From Octopus sinensis (lineage: Eukaryota): DNA of 64,000 nucleotides. Shown here piece after piece: positions 39,762 through 53,974 of the stretch. The notes beneath the pieces are model-generated. The model had not been told where the DNA came from, did no database searches, and saw only the letters and a list, made by a program, of their open reading frames with translations. The stretch covers positions 92,814,001 to 92,878,000 of the forward strand of contig NC_043005.1 in assembly GCF_006345805.1 (NCBI RefSeq), written 5' to 3'. Position numbers and translations under genes: made by a program. Each line of letters begins with the position of its first letter. The stretch's first letter is position 1.

Positions 39762-42574
39762 ATAAGCAATAAAGTGTTTTCTTGAGGATCCGTTTGTTTG
39801 TGGCATCCAAAGGCATCTGGAACATTCCAAGCTGGGTCCCTTAACTGCAAGGGTGAAGCTTCCTAAACGTGTAATAATGAAGATTTTAAATGTTTATTGA
39901 ACTTTATCATTTTTAAGATTCACTCTGGATTCTTTGGATGATTTTTTCCCTTTTCCCACTGAGCTGAGTTGCTACCAATGTATACTAAATATGCAATTTA
40001 GTGATATGGGTATTAAATTTTGTTTGTTCTTCATTCTTTGGCTTCAGTTTTTCTTTTTAATCACTTTTATTTAATGTTGAAGCTGGGTAACCATTTGTTC
40101 CTTTGCCAAAAGGAGAAAAAAATTCATACGAGTTGAAAGAAAGGTTAGAAATCGTTATTTGGTGGACACATATAAATAAAAGAGAGTTCAATATGTTGCT
40201 TTAGCTGTGCTCGAGTAAACATAATACAAAAAGCTTTTGATCAATGTTTCTAGTCCCAACCATTTGTCTTCATTCCAGTAAATGCTGTGCAAGAAGTGAG
40301 GGCTTACAAAGATGATAGGGAGTTTGTTGGAGACTTTTCAGTGCTGTGATGAGTAGTTTTGGCTTTGAAAGTTGAGTTAGAAGATAGGAAGGTCAATTAC
40401 TCCTTTTCAACAAGGGGAAGGTATGGAGTAAGCGCTGAAGAGTTTACTGTAGTAATAAAGGAAGAAAAAAAATAGAAAAATTCTTGAAACACAATAGTTT
40501 ATATATTTAGCCAAGAATCTGTTTCATGAAGGGAATTTTATTTATATAAAATTTCATCTATCCTTTAACTCTCAATTTCATTAGCCATGAAACAGAGTAC
40601 TGCTTTAGGTTCTTTTTCCATTCTTGAAATAAATAGTGTATATAAGAAAAGAATCAAAGTAGAATCGGTATTGTTTCCAATTGGTTGGATGGATTGTGCT
40701 ATGCAGAGTATTATGCTTTATTTAAAAGAAGAGTGAAATGTGCTGCAACATTTGAAAATATGATTAATGGTCCTTATAGTTCAACTTAGATCGAGACATC
40801 ATAAATTATCTAGTTTGGTTCTTTATCATGGTGCTAATTTGATTGCTCTTTTTTCTTTTTTTTTCCCCATATTTTGTTTTTCAATTTTCTTTCAATTTAA
40901 CTATAACTATAAAAGTGCTTGCTTTATATATTGGTATCTTGGAAGCTGTTGAATTTCAAATAAAGTTGTGTTGTGTAGGCTGATGATCTGATTATTAACA
41001 ACTACACTGAAATGAAACCTTTGGCAAGATAATTTCATTAGTGCTATTCTTCACTGATTGATGGATTTCAAAATAAAAATAGATTCTGCGTGGTAGTTCT
41101 TCACTGTTATTAAATTATATTAGCATTTTCTCTAAAATTACGAAAAACCACAACCAACGGTAACTTTTACCTTTTACTGAGTCAAATTTATGTGAATATA
41201 CTCTGAGTTTATGCCTATTAATCTAAAAATGAAATGTTCTTAAGAATGATTTCAGAAAAGCTTTTGGGTCACAACCTTTAATGAAAGATTTAATACAAAC
41301 TGATTGGTTAGATTAATTCAATGTAATTCATATTTTACTTCAATAGAGTCGACTGTCCAATCATTGATCTGCAAAACAGATTCAATTTGCAAGAAACAGC
41401 AGATAATATGCTTAATATGGAAATGTGAAAGAGAGAAGCCATAAGGAGTTGGCTAAACATGTGAAAGTTTTCATACACCAGTCATGATACATAGACTCCT
41501 AGAATTTACAGGTAGTTAGTTACATAAGAACTAGAGAAGGGTGTGGTACTAAGCTAAATATATATTTTGGAAATTCTGCTTCTATCTATATATGGTAAAA
41601 TGGATGGACTCAAGCTAAATATGGATTCTTTAATAAATCAGGATATTTTCAAACACTTAATTTTCCTTCAATTCAGTTTTATTATCAATTATGTTGTCAT
41701 ACTTATCACTATTGCCAAATCAGTTTTCTCTTCTGATATAGGTTGGACAGATTAATAAAACAAATCTTATTCACCTAGTTCCATCTTTCATCAACGCTAG
41801 TCAAAATGTTCAATGGTTGCACACCTACAGAGAGAATACATTACCTTGTAAACACTATCCAAAGGCCATAATTGCTTCTCACTTTCTTACCTGTCTTGCA
41901 ATTTCTCCTTATTCCTCCATTTCTGTATCTGCTGCATCATGCATACAATTTTCTTTCCAGCAACCACACGTCCTTTTCTCTTTCTACTTGTAGTTCTCTA
42001 ATATGTACAGAAATCAATTTCTTGTGAGAAAAATTGTGAAATGGCAGTCTTTAGAGTGTTGGAAAGAATACCTTGTGACATTTGTTCTGATTTTCTAAGC
42101 TGTGCTCAAATCATGCTGAGGTCAACTTATCCTTTTAGGGGTCAATAGAAAAGCACCAATTCAGTGGTGCAAATTGACTGAACTATTAGAGGGCTGGCAA
42201 ATGCCTTGTAGTACTTCTTCCATTATGACAGCAGGGTCTGTGACAGCACTGATGCCAAGCTGTATCAACCTTCATCTGTGGTCTTTCCTTTCAACAAACA
42301 TTGGTGGCAAGTCTCTCCTTGCATGCACATTCAATTTTGATTGATGGAGGCCCTTGACGAGGTTGTCTTTCTAAATCTACCATTTAATATAATTGTTAAT
42401 TTATTTACTATTTCCAACAAGTTTTTAGTCTGCAAACATTTTTCCCTCTTGACAAATTGATTTGTTAAGTAGTGGTCAGTTACAGTACAAACGAAATTAG
42501 TTCATTTGATAAAATATTGCTCATTTTATCCATTATTCCTCTTACCTAACATATGTAATGACTAAAAATTAGGT

Positions 42575-42823
42575 CATCATCATTTTAATGTCCACTTTCC
42601 CATGATTGCATTGGTCAGAGTTTACTGAGGCAGGTTTTCTATGGCCAGTTACCCTTCCTGTTACCAACCCTCACCTGTTTCCAAGCAAAGTAATATTTGT
42701 ACTTGGCCAGACATGTTTTTCCAGAATATTGGAAATGAACAACACTGCTTGTATGACAGTGACACTCATTTACAGCTGCCATATGATGTCAAGACAAGGA
42801 GAGGCAAACACACACACACACAC

Positions 42824-42877
<54 letters not shown>

Positions 42878-42955
42878 TATGATGGACTTCTTTCAGTTTC
42901 CATTTATCAAATTCACTCACAAGGCTCTGGTTGGCTGGGGGCTATAAAAAAAAGC
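42575..42955 (-). mobile_element. SINE A body with (TG)n and an RTE-like family D tail
   Basis: Reverse complement GCCTTGTGAGTGAATTTGATAAATGGAAACTGAAAGAAGTCC, then (TG)n, then the D module ending CATGGAAAGTGGACATTAAAATGATGATG. Confidence 0.8.
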
Positions 42956-43039
42956 ACTAGCCAGCTCTCTTGAACCATCTGATTCATGTGAACATGGAAG
43001 ACGTACATTAAATGATGAAGATGATGGTAATGAGGATAT

Positions 43040-43205
43040 ATATGTGACAAACTTTTTGAGTTTCTATCTACCAACTCCATTCACAAGGACTTGGTTAGCC
43101 CTGGGCTATAGTAGAAAACACTTGTTCAAGATACCAAACAGTGGGACTGAAACCAAGATCTTTTGCTTGTGAAGCAAAATTCTTAACCACACAACCATTC
43201 TTGCA
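43040..43205 (-). mobile_element. SINE family A head and body
   Basis: Reverse complement GTGCAAGAATGGTTGTGTGGTTAAG...GGTTTCAGTCCCACTG...CTACTATAGCCC. Confidence 0.75.
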
Positions 43206-43421
43206 CCTCTGACCATGCCCTCTCCTGTTGCAATGAATATTACAAAAACAAATATGAAAAATATAAAATAATTTAGATATAAAAAAAATTGTATAAAAGG
43301 CATAGGTACAAAGAACATAGGAAGTGAACCTATACACACATACAAACACACCTATAGTAACTTCACAGGTGGCCGCAATGATATCAACAACATGTCTAAC
43401 AATGACAACAGCAACAGCAGT

Positions 43422-43617
43422 GGAGGCGCAACAGCCCAGTGGTTAGGGCAGCAGACTCGTGGTCGTAAAAATGCGGTTTTGATTCCCAGACCGGGCATTG
43501 TGAGTGTTTATTGAGCAAAAACACCTAAGTTCTACTAGACTCTGGCGTGGTGTAGTGGTGAACCCCGCTGTACTCTTTCACCACAACAACTTTCTCTCAC
43601 TCTTTCTTCCTACTTCT
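43422..43617 (+). mobile_element. tRNA-headed SINE family E
   Basis: GGAGGCGCAACAGCCCAGTGGTTAGGGCAGC (A-box-like), GGTTTTGATTCCC (B box), then a non-tRNA body. No acceptor-stem closure. Confidence 0.75.
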
Positions 43618-44606
43618 GCCACAAAGCAGAGGAACCATGGTGTAACCCACTATGGTGTGGTAAACTTTCAGACCCTAGTCTAGATTGCGAATCCTCTGTA
43701 ACCCAGGATGATTCAGCTCTCCATCCGTTAAAAGCCACCGTTTACAGGATGAGGATAACAACGTAGCTTTCACGCCCATGCAACCACCAGTCTATCACGT
43801 GTGGTGGGTGGATCTTCAAGGTGCCACATGCATTCTTAGTAGCTTAGAGTAGGCTCAAATTAGAGATTATTCTTTGTGGCTAATGACGTGAGTCCTGATT
43901 GGAAGAAGAAGAAAAGAAGACAGCAACAGCAGTAACAAAAATGGCAACAACAACAGCAACAACTACCATGGTAGCAGCAGCATGGGTGAACACACATAGT
44001 GAGTTATGAGAACAGTACAAAAAGTTGGGTTCAAGGGTAGCAGCAGTGGTAACAGGGTTGGAGACGGGGCTGAGGAGAGGGTCATAGTGCTACTAAGAAT
44101 AATGACACACACACATGCACACACAAGCACATGCACATACACACAAACACATGCACACACATGTACACACACACACACACATAAACACAGGCGCATGCAT
44201 ATATAAGGATGCACGTGATAGAAGAACAGAATGGAATAAGTAGAGCAAGAACACACACAGACAGTAAGTGTTGCTGTGGAGGTCACAGGTGTGTGACGAA
44301 AAACTTCTGGATAATGAGTTAGAATAAAAACATTGATAAACAAGTGAAGAACAAATATATAGGGCGTGTGTTTAATTTGGCAAAAAAAAAAAAAAAACGA
44401 CCATCCTGAAAAACAGCAACAAATCTTGTACAATTCTCTATCAAACACCTCATAAAAGACTGATTGGTATTTGATAATTTTTTGCTATTTTCTGATTGTT
44501 ATTTGTGTCTTCTTAAACAACAAAAAAATCTGTCTGGTTTGTTTTCCATTATTCCATTAGTTCCAAAGCAGACGCAAATAATGGTGATGTTTTGTTCTGT
44601 TTATTA

Positions 44607-44927
44607 TGCCAGTGGCACGTAAAAAGCACCATCCGAACGTGGCCGATGCCAGCGCTGCCTCGACTGGCTTCTGTGCCGGTGGCACATAAAAAGCACCAAC
44701 CGATCGTGGCCGTTTGCCAGCCTCATCTGGCACCTGTGCCGGTGGCACATAAAAAGCACCCACTACACTCACAGAGTGGTTGGCGTTAGAAAGGCATCCA
44801 GCTGTAGAAACACTGCCAGATCAGATTGGTGCCTGGTGCAGCCTCCTAGCTTCCCAGACTCCGGTCGAACCGTCCAACCCATGCTAGCACGGAAAACGGA
44901 TGTTAAACGATGATGATGATGATGATG
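44607..44927 (+). mobile_element. Family C (RTE 3' UTR) element with three hairpin units
   Basis: Three GTGCC(A/G)GTGGCAC-ATAAAAAGCACC units followed by the (GAT)n tail. Confidence 0.9.
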
Positions 44928-45434
44928 TTTATATCTAGATTAAATATTAATTGTTATATGAAATTTTTAAAGTTGGATCCATTATAGTGGCATTGTTTTA
45001 GTTGCTGCTTTCTGCCGATGATTTCTCAATAAAATGTCTTATTTGCATTGACTCCTTCATTATCAAGTTGTTCTTCAGACTTGTTCTTCCCCACTTTCTG
45101 TCTCTCAGTGGAGAAACTTCAATGTTGAAGTAAATTTAATCTTTATCTATAACTATTTAGCAGAATATGGGACACAGGAACTAGTGTTCTTGTGAAACTG
45201 ATACTGAGCATCAAGCTGTATAATTCTTTGGAATTTCTAAATTATTGGTGGTTTTAGAATCTTCTTTTGATTCATGTTACGTCAGTTGGCTGCTTTTAAT
45301 ATTGGCCACTGTACTATGTTGTTCAGAAGTTTGTTTATATTCTTAACCTGCTCAAGCCATACACTTTGGACACCAGGAATTTCAGAAGTTGAATGTATTG
45401 TGCCTCAACTCCTTGCTTCTCCAATGACGTCAGC

Positions 45435-45645
45435 ACTGTGTGTGTCTGTGTTAGTCCCGCCAACATCGCTTGACAACCGATGCTGGTGTGTTTACATCCC
45501 CGTAACTTGGCAGTTCGGCAAAAGAGACTGATAGAATAAGTACTAGGCTTACAAAGAATAAGTCCTGGGGTCGATTTGCTTAACTTAGGGTGGTGCCCCA
45601 GCATGGCAAAAGAGACCGATAGAATAAGTACTAGGCTTACAAAGA
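45435..45645 (+). mobile_element. SINE A 3' half with an internal 41-bp duplication
   Basis: GGCAAAAGAGAC(T/C)GATAGAATAAGTACTAGGCTTACAAAGA at 45517-45557 and 45605-45645. Confidence 0.85.
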
Positions 45646-47097
45646 CCCTCCCGAGTGAAGAATGTACTCCCCAGCATAGACCAGTCATTAGTGACTTTAG
45701 ACTCGAGGCCAGAAGGATGCCAAGAAGCAGACCAATCCAAAAAAGGATTTGGAAATTAAAGAACCCTTCACATGGTCAGAGATTTAGGGACATCCTCACC
45801 AAGAAATTTGAGGAGAGGGAGGAGGAGCTACAGACCTCAGACATAAGGGTAGCTGGAAATTCCCATGGGACAGCTTACTAAGTACCCCAGACCGAGTCTG
45901 TGGATGGTGCAAAGTCCCTTCCAGACTTCCGTACTATTCCACCATGTGGTGGTGGAATAGTACGGTAGACAAAGCCATTAGAGCAAAGAAACAGACCTGG
46001 AAACCCTGGAAGAGTGGAGGTAGCAGGGAACTGTACCATATAACCAAAAGGGAGGCTGGGCGACAGGTATACATAGCCAAGGGAGAGGAAGATAAGAAGT
46101 TGGCCAATGTCCCACGGCATGAGGACCAAAGAACTGAAGTATTTTAGACTGTAGGGCAATGTGTGAGAGAAAATTGTAGTGTCAGAGGAGAGAAATGTGT
46201 CCGCATGGATGATGGTGCATTTGCTTTTAATGATTCTGAAAAGAAAGAGGCTTGGAGAAGCCATTATGAAAGACTGCTGAATGTGGAGAATGAATAGGAG
46301 GAGGAGAGCCTTCCAAATGTTGACTCAGTAGAGGGACCATCTATCCGAATAGACAGCACCCTGGTAGATAAAGCAATTAAGGGTATGAAGCTTGTAAAAG
46401 CCCCTGGCCCATCAGGAATCACTGCTGAGATGTTTAAAATATCTGGTGGCATGGGTTATGGCTTAGTCACACGTATTGTGAACCAGGTAGTTCATGATGG
46501 AGTCATACCCAACGACTGGTGTAGCAGCACCATAGTCAACTGTTACAAGGGTAAGGGTAATCCCTTAGATAGAAATAACTACAGGGGTATCAAACTGCTG
46601 GATCAGGTAATGAAGGTCACGGAGAGGGTCATAGCCCAACTAATTAGGGAGAGAATATGCTTAGATGAGATGTAGTTTAGTTTTGTCGCAGATAGAAGCA
46701 CCACTGATGCTATATTCCTGGTACGACAACTGCAGGAGAAATACCTAGCCAAAGATAAACCCCTGTACTTGGCTTTTGTGGACTTGGAGAAAGCCTTTGA
46801 CAGGGTCCCCCGATCCCTTATCTCGTGGGTAATGCAGAAACTAGGGATTGATGAACAAAGGCTGTACAGGCCCTGTACAGAGATGCCATTAGTAAGGTTA
46901 GAGTTGGTAATGAGTATAGTGAAGAATTCTGGGTAGAAGTAGGTGTCCACCAAGGATCAGTCTCCAGCCCCCTCTTATTCATTATAGTCCTCCAGGCGGC
47001 AATAACAGAGGTATTCAAAACAGGTTGCCCCTGGGAAATCCTCTATGCTGATGACCTGGCCCTAACAGCAGAATCGCTACCAGAACTAGAGAAGCAA
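45646..47097 (+). mobile_element. Internal RTE ORF2 fragment (EN end to YADD), lacking its 3' end
   Basis: Colinear with about 58425-59885 of the long copy: KAPGPSGITAEM, NYRGIKLLDQVMK, FVDLEKAFDRVP, LYADD. Confidence 0.9.
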
Positions 47098-47840
47098 ATA
47101 TCTTACCACCCAGCAACACCTGCACCTATATGTCTAGCCGCAGACGTCTGTTGTTGACAAGGCTGTGGAAGGCCAAAATCACGTGGTTTGGCAGTTCCAG
47201 CAGCTGTAGCAAACAATTCTCATCTGTCAATGATATAAACAAACATGAGTGCTTTCATGCAAGTCCTTATGGAGAGGTTCACTCTGGGGAAATAATGCAG
47301 TATTCTGTGTTCTAAGACAATATCCACTTTAAGTGGGATACACACACATAACATGTAGATATATATATATATATATATACTATATGTGGTCATTGGTAGT
47401 TATGGCCAATCAGAAAGTCATCATTGGTTTCACATCTACTTTTGCACCTAGCAAGAGAATATCTGATGACTCAAAGTTTAGTAACAGAAGTAGCTGCTTT
47501 TTCTAAGATGAATTAAAGGCAATTCTATAGAAAATATAAAAATTGGATGGAATGCTATAAGCAAAAGGAGAAAGACCTTTGTTCATAATTTAAATTTTTG
47601 TTCATAATTTAAATTTACACATTAGATTTAACTTTGTTTTTCTTTATCTGGGTGATTTGAGAAATGAAGTCAATACAACAAAGATAAAGAAATTTAGATT
47701 ATATATATATAAGTTGCTTCCAGGATGCAATAATCCTGTATTTATACAAAACACCATATCCCAGATGACATAACCATTCTGCATTTTATTATTATTGGTT
47801 TGTTTATGAACTTGGACTTATTTTACGAATGGTTCTTTAA

Positions 47841-48060
47841 CTCTTTTGACACTTGCCCATCTGAAACTCTCCTGGTTCTTTGACACAAACTTCTTGCTTT
47901 AAAATGATCTAAATTAAAATGTTCCCTCCAAATTTTATATTAATTCTGTTCCATATGCCAGCTAAATATTGACAATGGTATCTTGCTAAATTGTTCATGG
48001 TTTCCAAAATGAAATGAAACAAAGTCAGAGTATTTAAACAGAAATATAGTAACTAGAGAA
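47841..48060 (+). mobile_element. piggyBac-like MITE, second copy
   Basis: TTAA at 47837-40 and 48061-64; body similar to 37671-37892. Confidence 0.55.
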
Positions 48061-50589
48061 TTAAATATGATTATTTTCCCAATCCTTTTTTAGCTTCCAA
48101 ATAGTTTAAGTTTATGATGGTTGACATTGGTGCATGTTGGAGATTTTTTATTTTTTAAATCCAAAGCTTAAAGCTTGCAATGACCTCCTGTAACTCCAGT
48201 AAAATTGTTGGGAAAAACAGAAACTCATATTACAATCACATAAAATTAATGATGATGTCAGCAATTCTCTCAAAGCATTCATTTCTAATTTATTCTGAAC
48301 ATTTTTTAGTCTGATCCCTTCCTAATGTTTTCCAGCATTCAACTCTCAATTCTTTCTGGACCTAAATATTTTTCTAGTCCCTAGTTCTCTTCTAGTTCGT
48401 TAAATCTTAATTAGATTTGCAATGAAAATTTTCTCTTCTATGCAATTAATTCCTGTTTTTAGCAATTTTCCTTTCAATTGTATTTTTTTAAAATAAATTT
48501 TAAAATTTAATCTTTCCTAATTTAGTTTGTCAATTTATGATCTTTCAAAATTTTTAATAATTTTACATTGACCCTAATGTAATAATTGGTAATTTGATCA
48601 TACCCCGGATTTGCTTTCTATTTAATTTCTGGAAGCAGATATAACTTCTCAGTTTTTTTCTCATATGTATAGTTTTTCAATGGACTTATAATATTTCCTT
48701 ACACGAAAATTTATTATAGTGTTTCACCCTTTTTTCTTCACAATTTCTTTGTTGCAAAGTCTAAGGAATTAAAAAACTTACATTAATACAAAATAGAAAC
48801 AACAGTTTCATTCAGTAACATAGCTGGCATTGAATGTAATATAATTCTTTCTGTGTATCAGACATGAAAAGTGGGTCACCACCCTAAAATATGCTAAATT
48901 TGTATTGAATCTATCACTATCTCTGCACGAAATAAAGTGGTTGTCAGAAAAAGGAAAAACAAGAAAGGAAAAATAATTCATTTTAATGCTTACAACTTCT
49001 CTGGGATTTCTGAGTATAGTGTTTTGAATATTGTTTTACTGTATTTTTATTATTGAAAAAAAGTTTAAGTCAACAGTGTTATAACTTTCTCCTTTGTGTA
49101 TAATTTTAGCGATAACATTTCTAATGAATTGTTCTGAATAAAAATTTATAGAATATTGTTAATAACTTGACATTTTTCTTTCAATTCATTTTTTTTTTTT
49201 CACTTAAAATTTAGATTTCCTTCATAAATATGTTAAATGATTATGAAAATTAGAACATTAGCTGAAGTTACTGGAGCAAGCATTTTAGGGTTTTAATGTT
49301 TCCAATTGGTGGCCATAACTATGTCACTGACACTGGTGTCATCCTCTTCCCCACCCCCAATACCATCATCACCATCATCATTAACTTTGTTGTGATTGTC
49401 ATCCACGTTGTAATTGTTTTAACTTACACTTTTCTATGCTGGCATGGATCAACAAAATTCATTAATTTTCTACAGTCAGATGCTCTTCTTGGTGCCAACT
49501 GCCACCTGTCTTCAGGCAAGATGTTTGCCCTAATCTGGACATGTTTACATAGACCTCCAAACTAATGTCTGATGATAAAATCAGCACAGTTCGAAACCAA
49601 GAACACATACACAAGCTTTACCCCTAATCTCCTGGAATAAAGCCACCTTTCTCAGGAATTGTACTTTTGCAAGCTGCATGGTGACCTCACTAGTACTGGA
49701 AAAGCCAAAAATCAGAGCTTGAGACAAGAAGACACTTTCAACCAATCAGAATTCAGTTTACATAATCAGTTTGATTGGTTACCTTCCTCTGTCGGTTGAG
49801 TAAAGTGTCATTCAAGCTGATGCTTATTGGTAATTAAACTTAATTTGCAACACTTGTGCAGATTTATCAGCTTTGTTTTTGTTGATAAGAATTATCAACA
49901 ACTTTTCCTGTGATCATGATTTGAGAAGACTTACAGAAGTATACTAAAGATAGGACATAATGTCTTGTGGGCAAAAAATGTAAAATAAAGTTTATCATAA
50001 ACAACACAAACACTTTGTATTATAAATAATGCAAACACTTCATAATAGCATTCAATGTCAATGTGATACCTGTTAAACAGAAATTATTTTCATTTTATGA
50101 AAATTTAATAAAATCTAATCATAAGTAAGTGAAATTATGCTAAATACAACTAAACTGAAAACCTTTTCCTCCTGGCTGTATTGGCAATTCTGAAAACTTT
50201 TAGGTGTGAATTTTATACTAGTAGAAGCTTTTTTATCCTGAAAATCACCTGTGTAAATTACACAGGTACGCAAATTACATGGGTTTTTGCGGTATATAAT
50301 AATCATATATAAGTATATTAAAATTCTAGTTAGATAAACAAAAAGCAAAATCGGAAAATTATTCAACAAAAGAAGCAGTGGTTATGCATGAAATATGAAC
50401 ATTTAAGAAAATTAGCTCTAGGGTTGGTAGCTATGCTTGGCCTTGTCACAAGAGTTTCAACCAGGAATTATGCAGAAGTCAAACTTCTCTAATCAGCAGG
50501 TGGGCAAACTGTGTATAATTAATTAGCATTTCATTACTTTGATGTGTTGAGCTCTAAGATCCCTTTTGACATAAAAGTTTAACTTTACT

Positions 50590-50705
50590 TGGAAATAGAT
50601 GAGAGTTGGTGACAGGAAGAGCATCTGACAGAAAATTTGCTTCAGAGAATTCCATCTGACTTATGCAAGCATTGGAAAGTGGATGTTAAATCAATGATGA
50701 TGATA
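50590..50705 (+). mobile_element. Family D tail fragment
   Basis: GAGTTGGTGACAGGAAGAGCATC...GCAAGCATTGGAAAGTGGATGTTAAATCAATGATGATG. Confidence 0.7.
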
Positions 50706-51259
50706 CTTGTGTCCTTTCGGGGGCTTTTGATCTGCTTGATCCTTTGAACTTGTATGCTTCAGGGTAGTTTAATACCTTCTGAAATTAGTGTTGGATAAAA
50801 AGGAAAAGGAATGCCTCAAGAATCTAAACTGGTGTTTCAAGCACTTTAAACATTGTCAGACTATTTAAGCTCCTATGTAATTGCTTTAAATGCACTGAGT
50901 GAAGTGCATCCCGACTTCAGCCGCATACAATCTCATTTACAATTTTGAAAAAGTAATTTTATATTCAATAACCAACACATGAAGAAATTAAAACCTCATA
51001 TCACAAATCTGAATAGGATTATTATAAACTGACTTTATTTAGTTCTCATTCTTTCAGAGAAAACCAGGATCTGCTTCATATTTATTTCACACTTTTAACC
51101 AAAATTATTCACATATCTTATTAAATTCACATAAAACATATATTTATTTCTTCTTCCCAGCTTTCTTTCTAGAGATGTCCTAATTTGCTCTCCAAAATAA
51201 GAGAGTGTCTCATTCAATTACAGTTTTTGCTTCCTTTTTAACTACAAGTCACACTTCTG

Positions 51260-51690
51260 GATGATGATGATGATGATCATCATCATCATCGTTTAGCGTC
51301 CGTTTTCCATGCTAGCATGGGTTGGACGGTTCTACTGGGGTCTGTGAAGCCAGAAGGCTTCATCAGGCCCAGTCAAATCTGGCAGTGTTTCTATGGCTGG
51401 ATGCCCTTCCTAACGCCAACCACTCCATGAGTGTAGTGGGTGCTTTCTCCGTGCCACCCGCACAGGTGCCAGACAGAGCTGGCAAACGGCCACGAACGGA
51501 TGGTGATTTTTATGTGCCACCGGCACGGGGGCCAGGCGAGGCTGGCAACGGACACGAACGGATGGTGCTTTTTACGTGCCACCGGCACGAGGCCAGTCGG
51601 GGCGGCGCTGGTAACGGTCGCGAAACGGAAGGTTCTCTTACATGCCACCGGCACTGGTAACACATCTGCAATTTCCATTGATCGATTTCG
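51260..51690 (-). mobile_element. Family C (RTE 3' UTR) element with about four hairpin units
   Basis: Reverse complement of 60920-61276 with an extra unit. Confidence 0.9.
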
Positions 51691-52681
51691 ATTAATTCAA
51701 TGATTTTGATGAGTTTCTAAATTTTTTATTCTTACTAAGTACTAGATTTAGAAATTGTGCCTGCTATCACAGTCACTGTTCTAACACTCATCACCCAATT
51801 CTTTACCCAAATATGTGCTTTGCATATCCATCATCATTTTTAAATGAAAATAACTATTTTATCAACCAGTCATAATAAACATACATTCGTTATATTTCTT
51901 GACTAGATCTCACCAATAAATATCATCTCACTTTTGGAATCATTGCAATTTGATAAATGATGATTGTTTAAATATCAATAATTGCTTGATCATTATCATG
52001 ACTACTATTTCAATATAACATCTTCTCTTGTATCCTTCAGAGTGACCATTATTTAAATTATGTGTCAATGTGGCTAAATATCATCACACTCAAAATGTAC
52101 GAACTATCACTTTACACTGATGCCTAAAATGTTTTTAACTATTGGTAAGATTTTACACTAGAAATTAACTCACTCTAGTCTTTGCACACCAAGGCATTGG
52201 TAATAGTGCAGTGGATTTTTGATTCTAACTCAGTACCTTACTATTCTAAAACTAAATATCACATATTTGACTTTGCCAATTATTCTTTGAGATTAGGTAC
52301 CATTAATAACAACTACTCACTAAATATTTCATTCATTCAAAATTAAAACTATTTCTTCGGTAGTGTTTTCTTCTCTGAAAATAAAAGAAGTGTAAAGATT
52401 TCCTAGAATGAGTGAGTGATGCTTCCTGACTGACTGAAGAGAGACTCATGGACAATGACTTGATCAACATGACTGAGGTTAGTTTTGAACCTATTTCTAT
52501 TTCCGCTCCAAACTTGAATTATTCTAGCTTTTGAATTTAATATTAAAAACTATGAGAAAACCACATCTTGTGAAACTCTTGGTAGGTAGTACAATACTAA
52601 CCTTAAATGCATATGTATACTTTGTGGCTGATTGAGTGGGTGTTGTTAGTTTATTTGTTTTTCAAATGGAAATTGTAGTTG

Positions 52682-52938
52682 TGACCCCTGTGCTGGTAGC
52701 ACGTAAAAAGCACCATCCGATCATGGTCGATGCCAGCTCCTCTCTGGCCCTTGTGCTGGTGGCATGTAACAAGCACCCACTACACTCTCAGAGTGGTTGG
52801 TGTTAGGAAGGGCATCCAGCTGTAGAAACACTGCCAGATCAGATTGGAGCCTGGTGCAGCCTCCTAGCTTCCCAGACCATAGTTGAACCGTCCAACCCAT
52901 GCCAGCATGGAAAATGGATGTTAAATGATGATGATGAT
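52682..52938 (+). mobile_element. Family C element with two hairpin units
   Basis: Matches the RTE 3' UTR and ends in (GAT)n. Confidence 0.9.
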
Positions 52939-53437
52939 GAATTTTAGACATAATATACATGAGTGAAATCCTCACACAGGCATACATATTTATACTGTTC
53001 CCTTTTCTAGTTACTATATAACTATATTTGCAATTTGTAAAGATTAGTTATGCTTGAAGCAAGTTATTCTTACATTTTCCCACCATAGAGAAAAATAAAA
53101 TAAAAATCAAACTTCAACATTATTAAATATGCTTCATTGAATTAAATAGAACCATGTAATGTGCTTAATTTGTATGAAAATTTTGTCATATCACATTATG
53201 ATGCAGCTGTAAGCTGCAGTTGACTGAAATTTAAAAAAATCAAGAGAAAAGCACCCTGGGAATCTGAGGCAGTCATTGACAAATGTGAAAATATTAGAAA
53301 TTAATCCATCTGAAACACATGAAGCTTTCGAAAGGAAAGCCATGGCAAATTTATGAAAGCACAAAAATTGCTCATTGATTATAAATAGAATAACAAAACT
53401 ATATTCAGTAAATGATTAACCTCTTAGCACAATATGG

Positions 53438-53974
53438 AGATAATCAACTGTCCCCTTTGGATAATCAACTATCGCCTTTGATGATTAACTGTCCTTTTTG
53501 AATAATCAAATGTCCTCTTTACATAATGAACTGTCCTCTTTACATAATTGAGTTTTCTCTTTAGATAATTAACTATTGTCTTAGATGATCAAATGTACCC
53601 TTTAGATAATCAACTGTCCTTTTGGGATAATCAACTATCGTCTTAGATGATCATGTGTACTCTTTGAATAATCAACTGTCCTCTTTACATAATCAACTGT
53701 CCTCTTTAGATAAACAACTGCCCACTTTATATAATACATTGTCCTCTTTACATAGTCAACTGGACTCTTTAGATAGTCAACTGTCCTCTTTAGATTGACT
53801 GTCCTCTCTTGATAATTGACTGTCCCCTTTAGATAACTGTCCACTTTATATAATCAACTATTGTCTTAAATGATCAACTGTCCTCTCTTGATAATCCATT
53901 GTCCTCTCTTAATAGTTGACTGTCCTCTTTAGATAGTCAACTGTCCTCTTCATATAGTCGGTTGTCTTTTTCAG
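53438..53974. repeat. 21-bp minisatellite, about 25 units, consensus GATAATCAACTGTCCTCTTTA
   Basis: Directly visible tandem units with recurring variants. Confidence 0.92.

Noticed and set aside
43422-43495. tRNA gene (and similar heads of SINE A, SINE B and the 34.9-kb element)
   Set aside because: A and B boxes are present, but no complete cloverleaf was seen and each continues into a repeat body.
52407-52477. Candidate first coding exon (MDNDLINMTE, GAG/GTTAGT donor)
   Set aside because: Too short to assess, and its phase does not match the candidate exon at 53975.
53635-53844. Heptad-repeat protein (KRTVDYL)n on the minus strand
   Set aside because: It is an automatic consequence of a 21-bp unit, and indels break the frame across the array.
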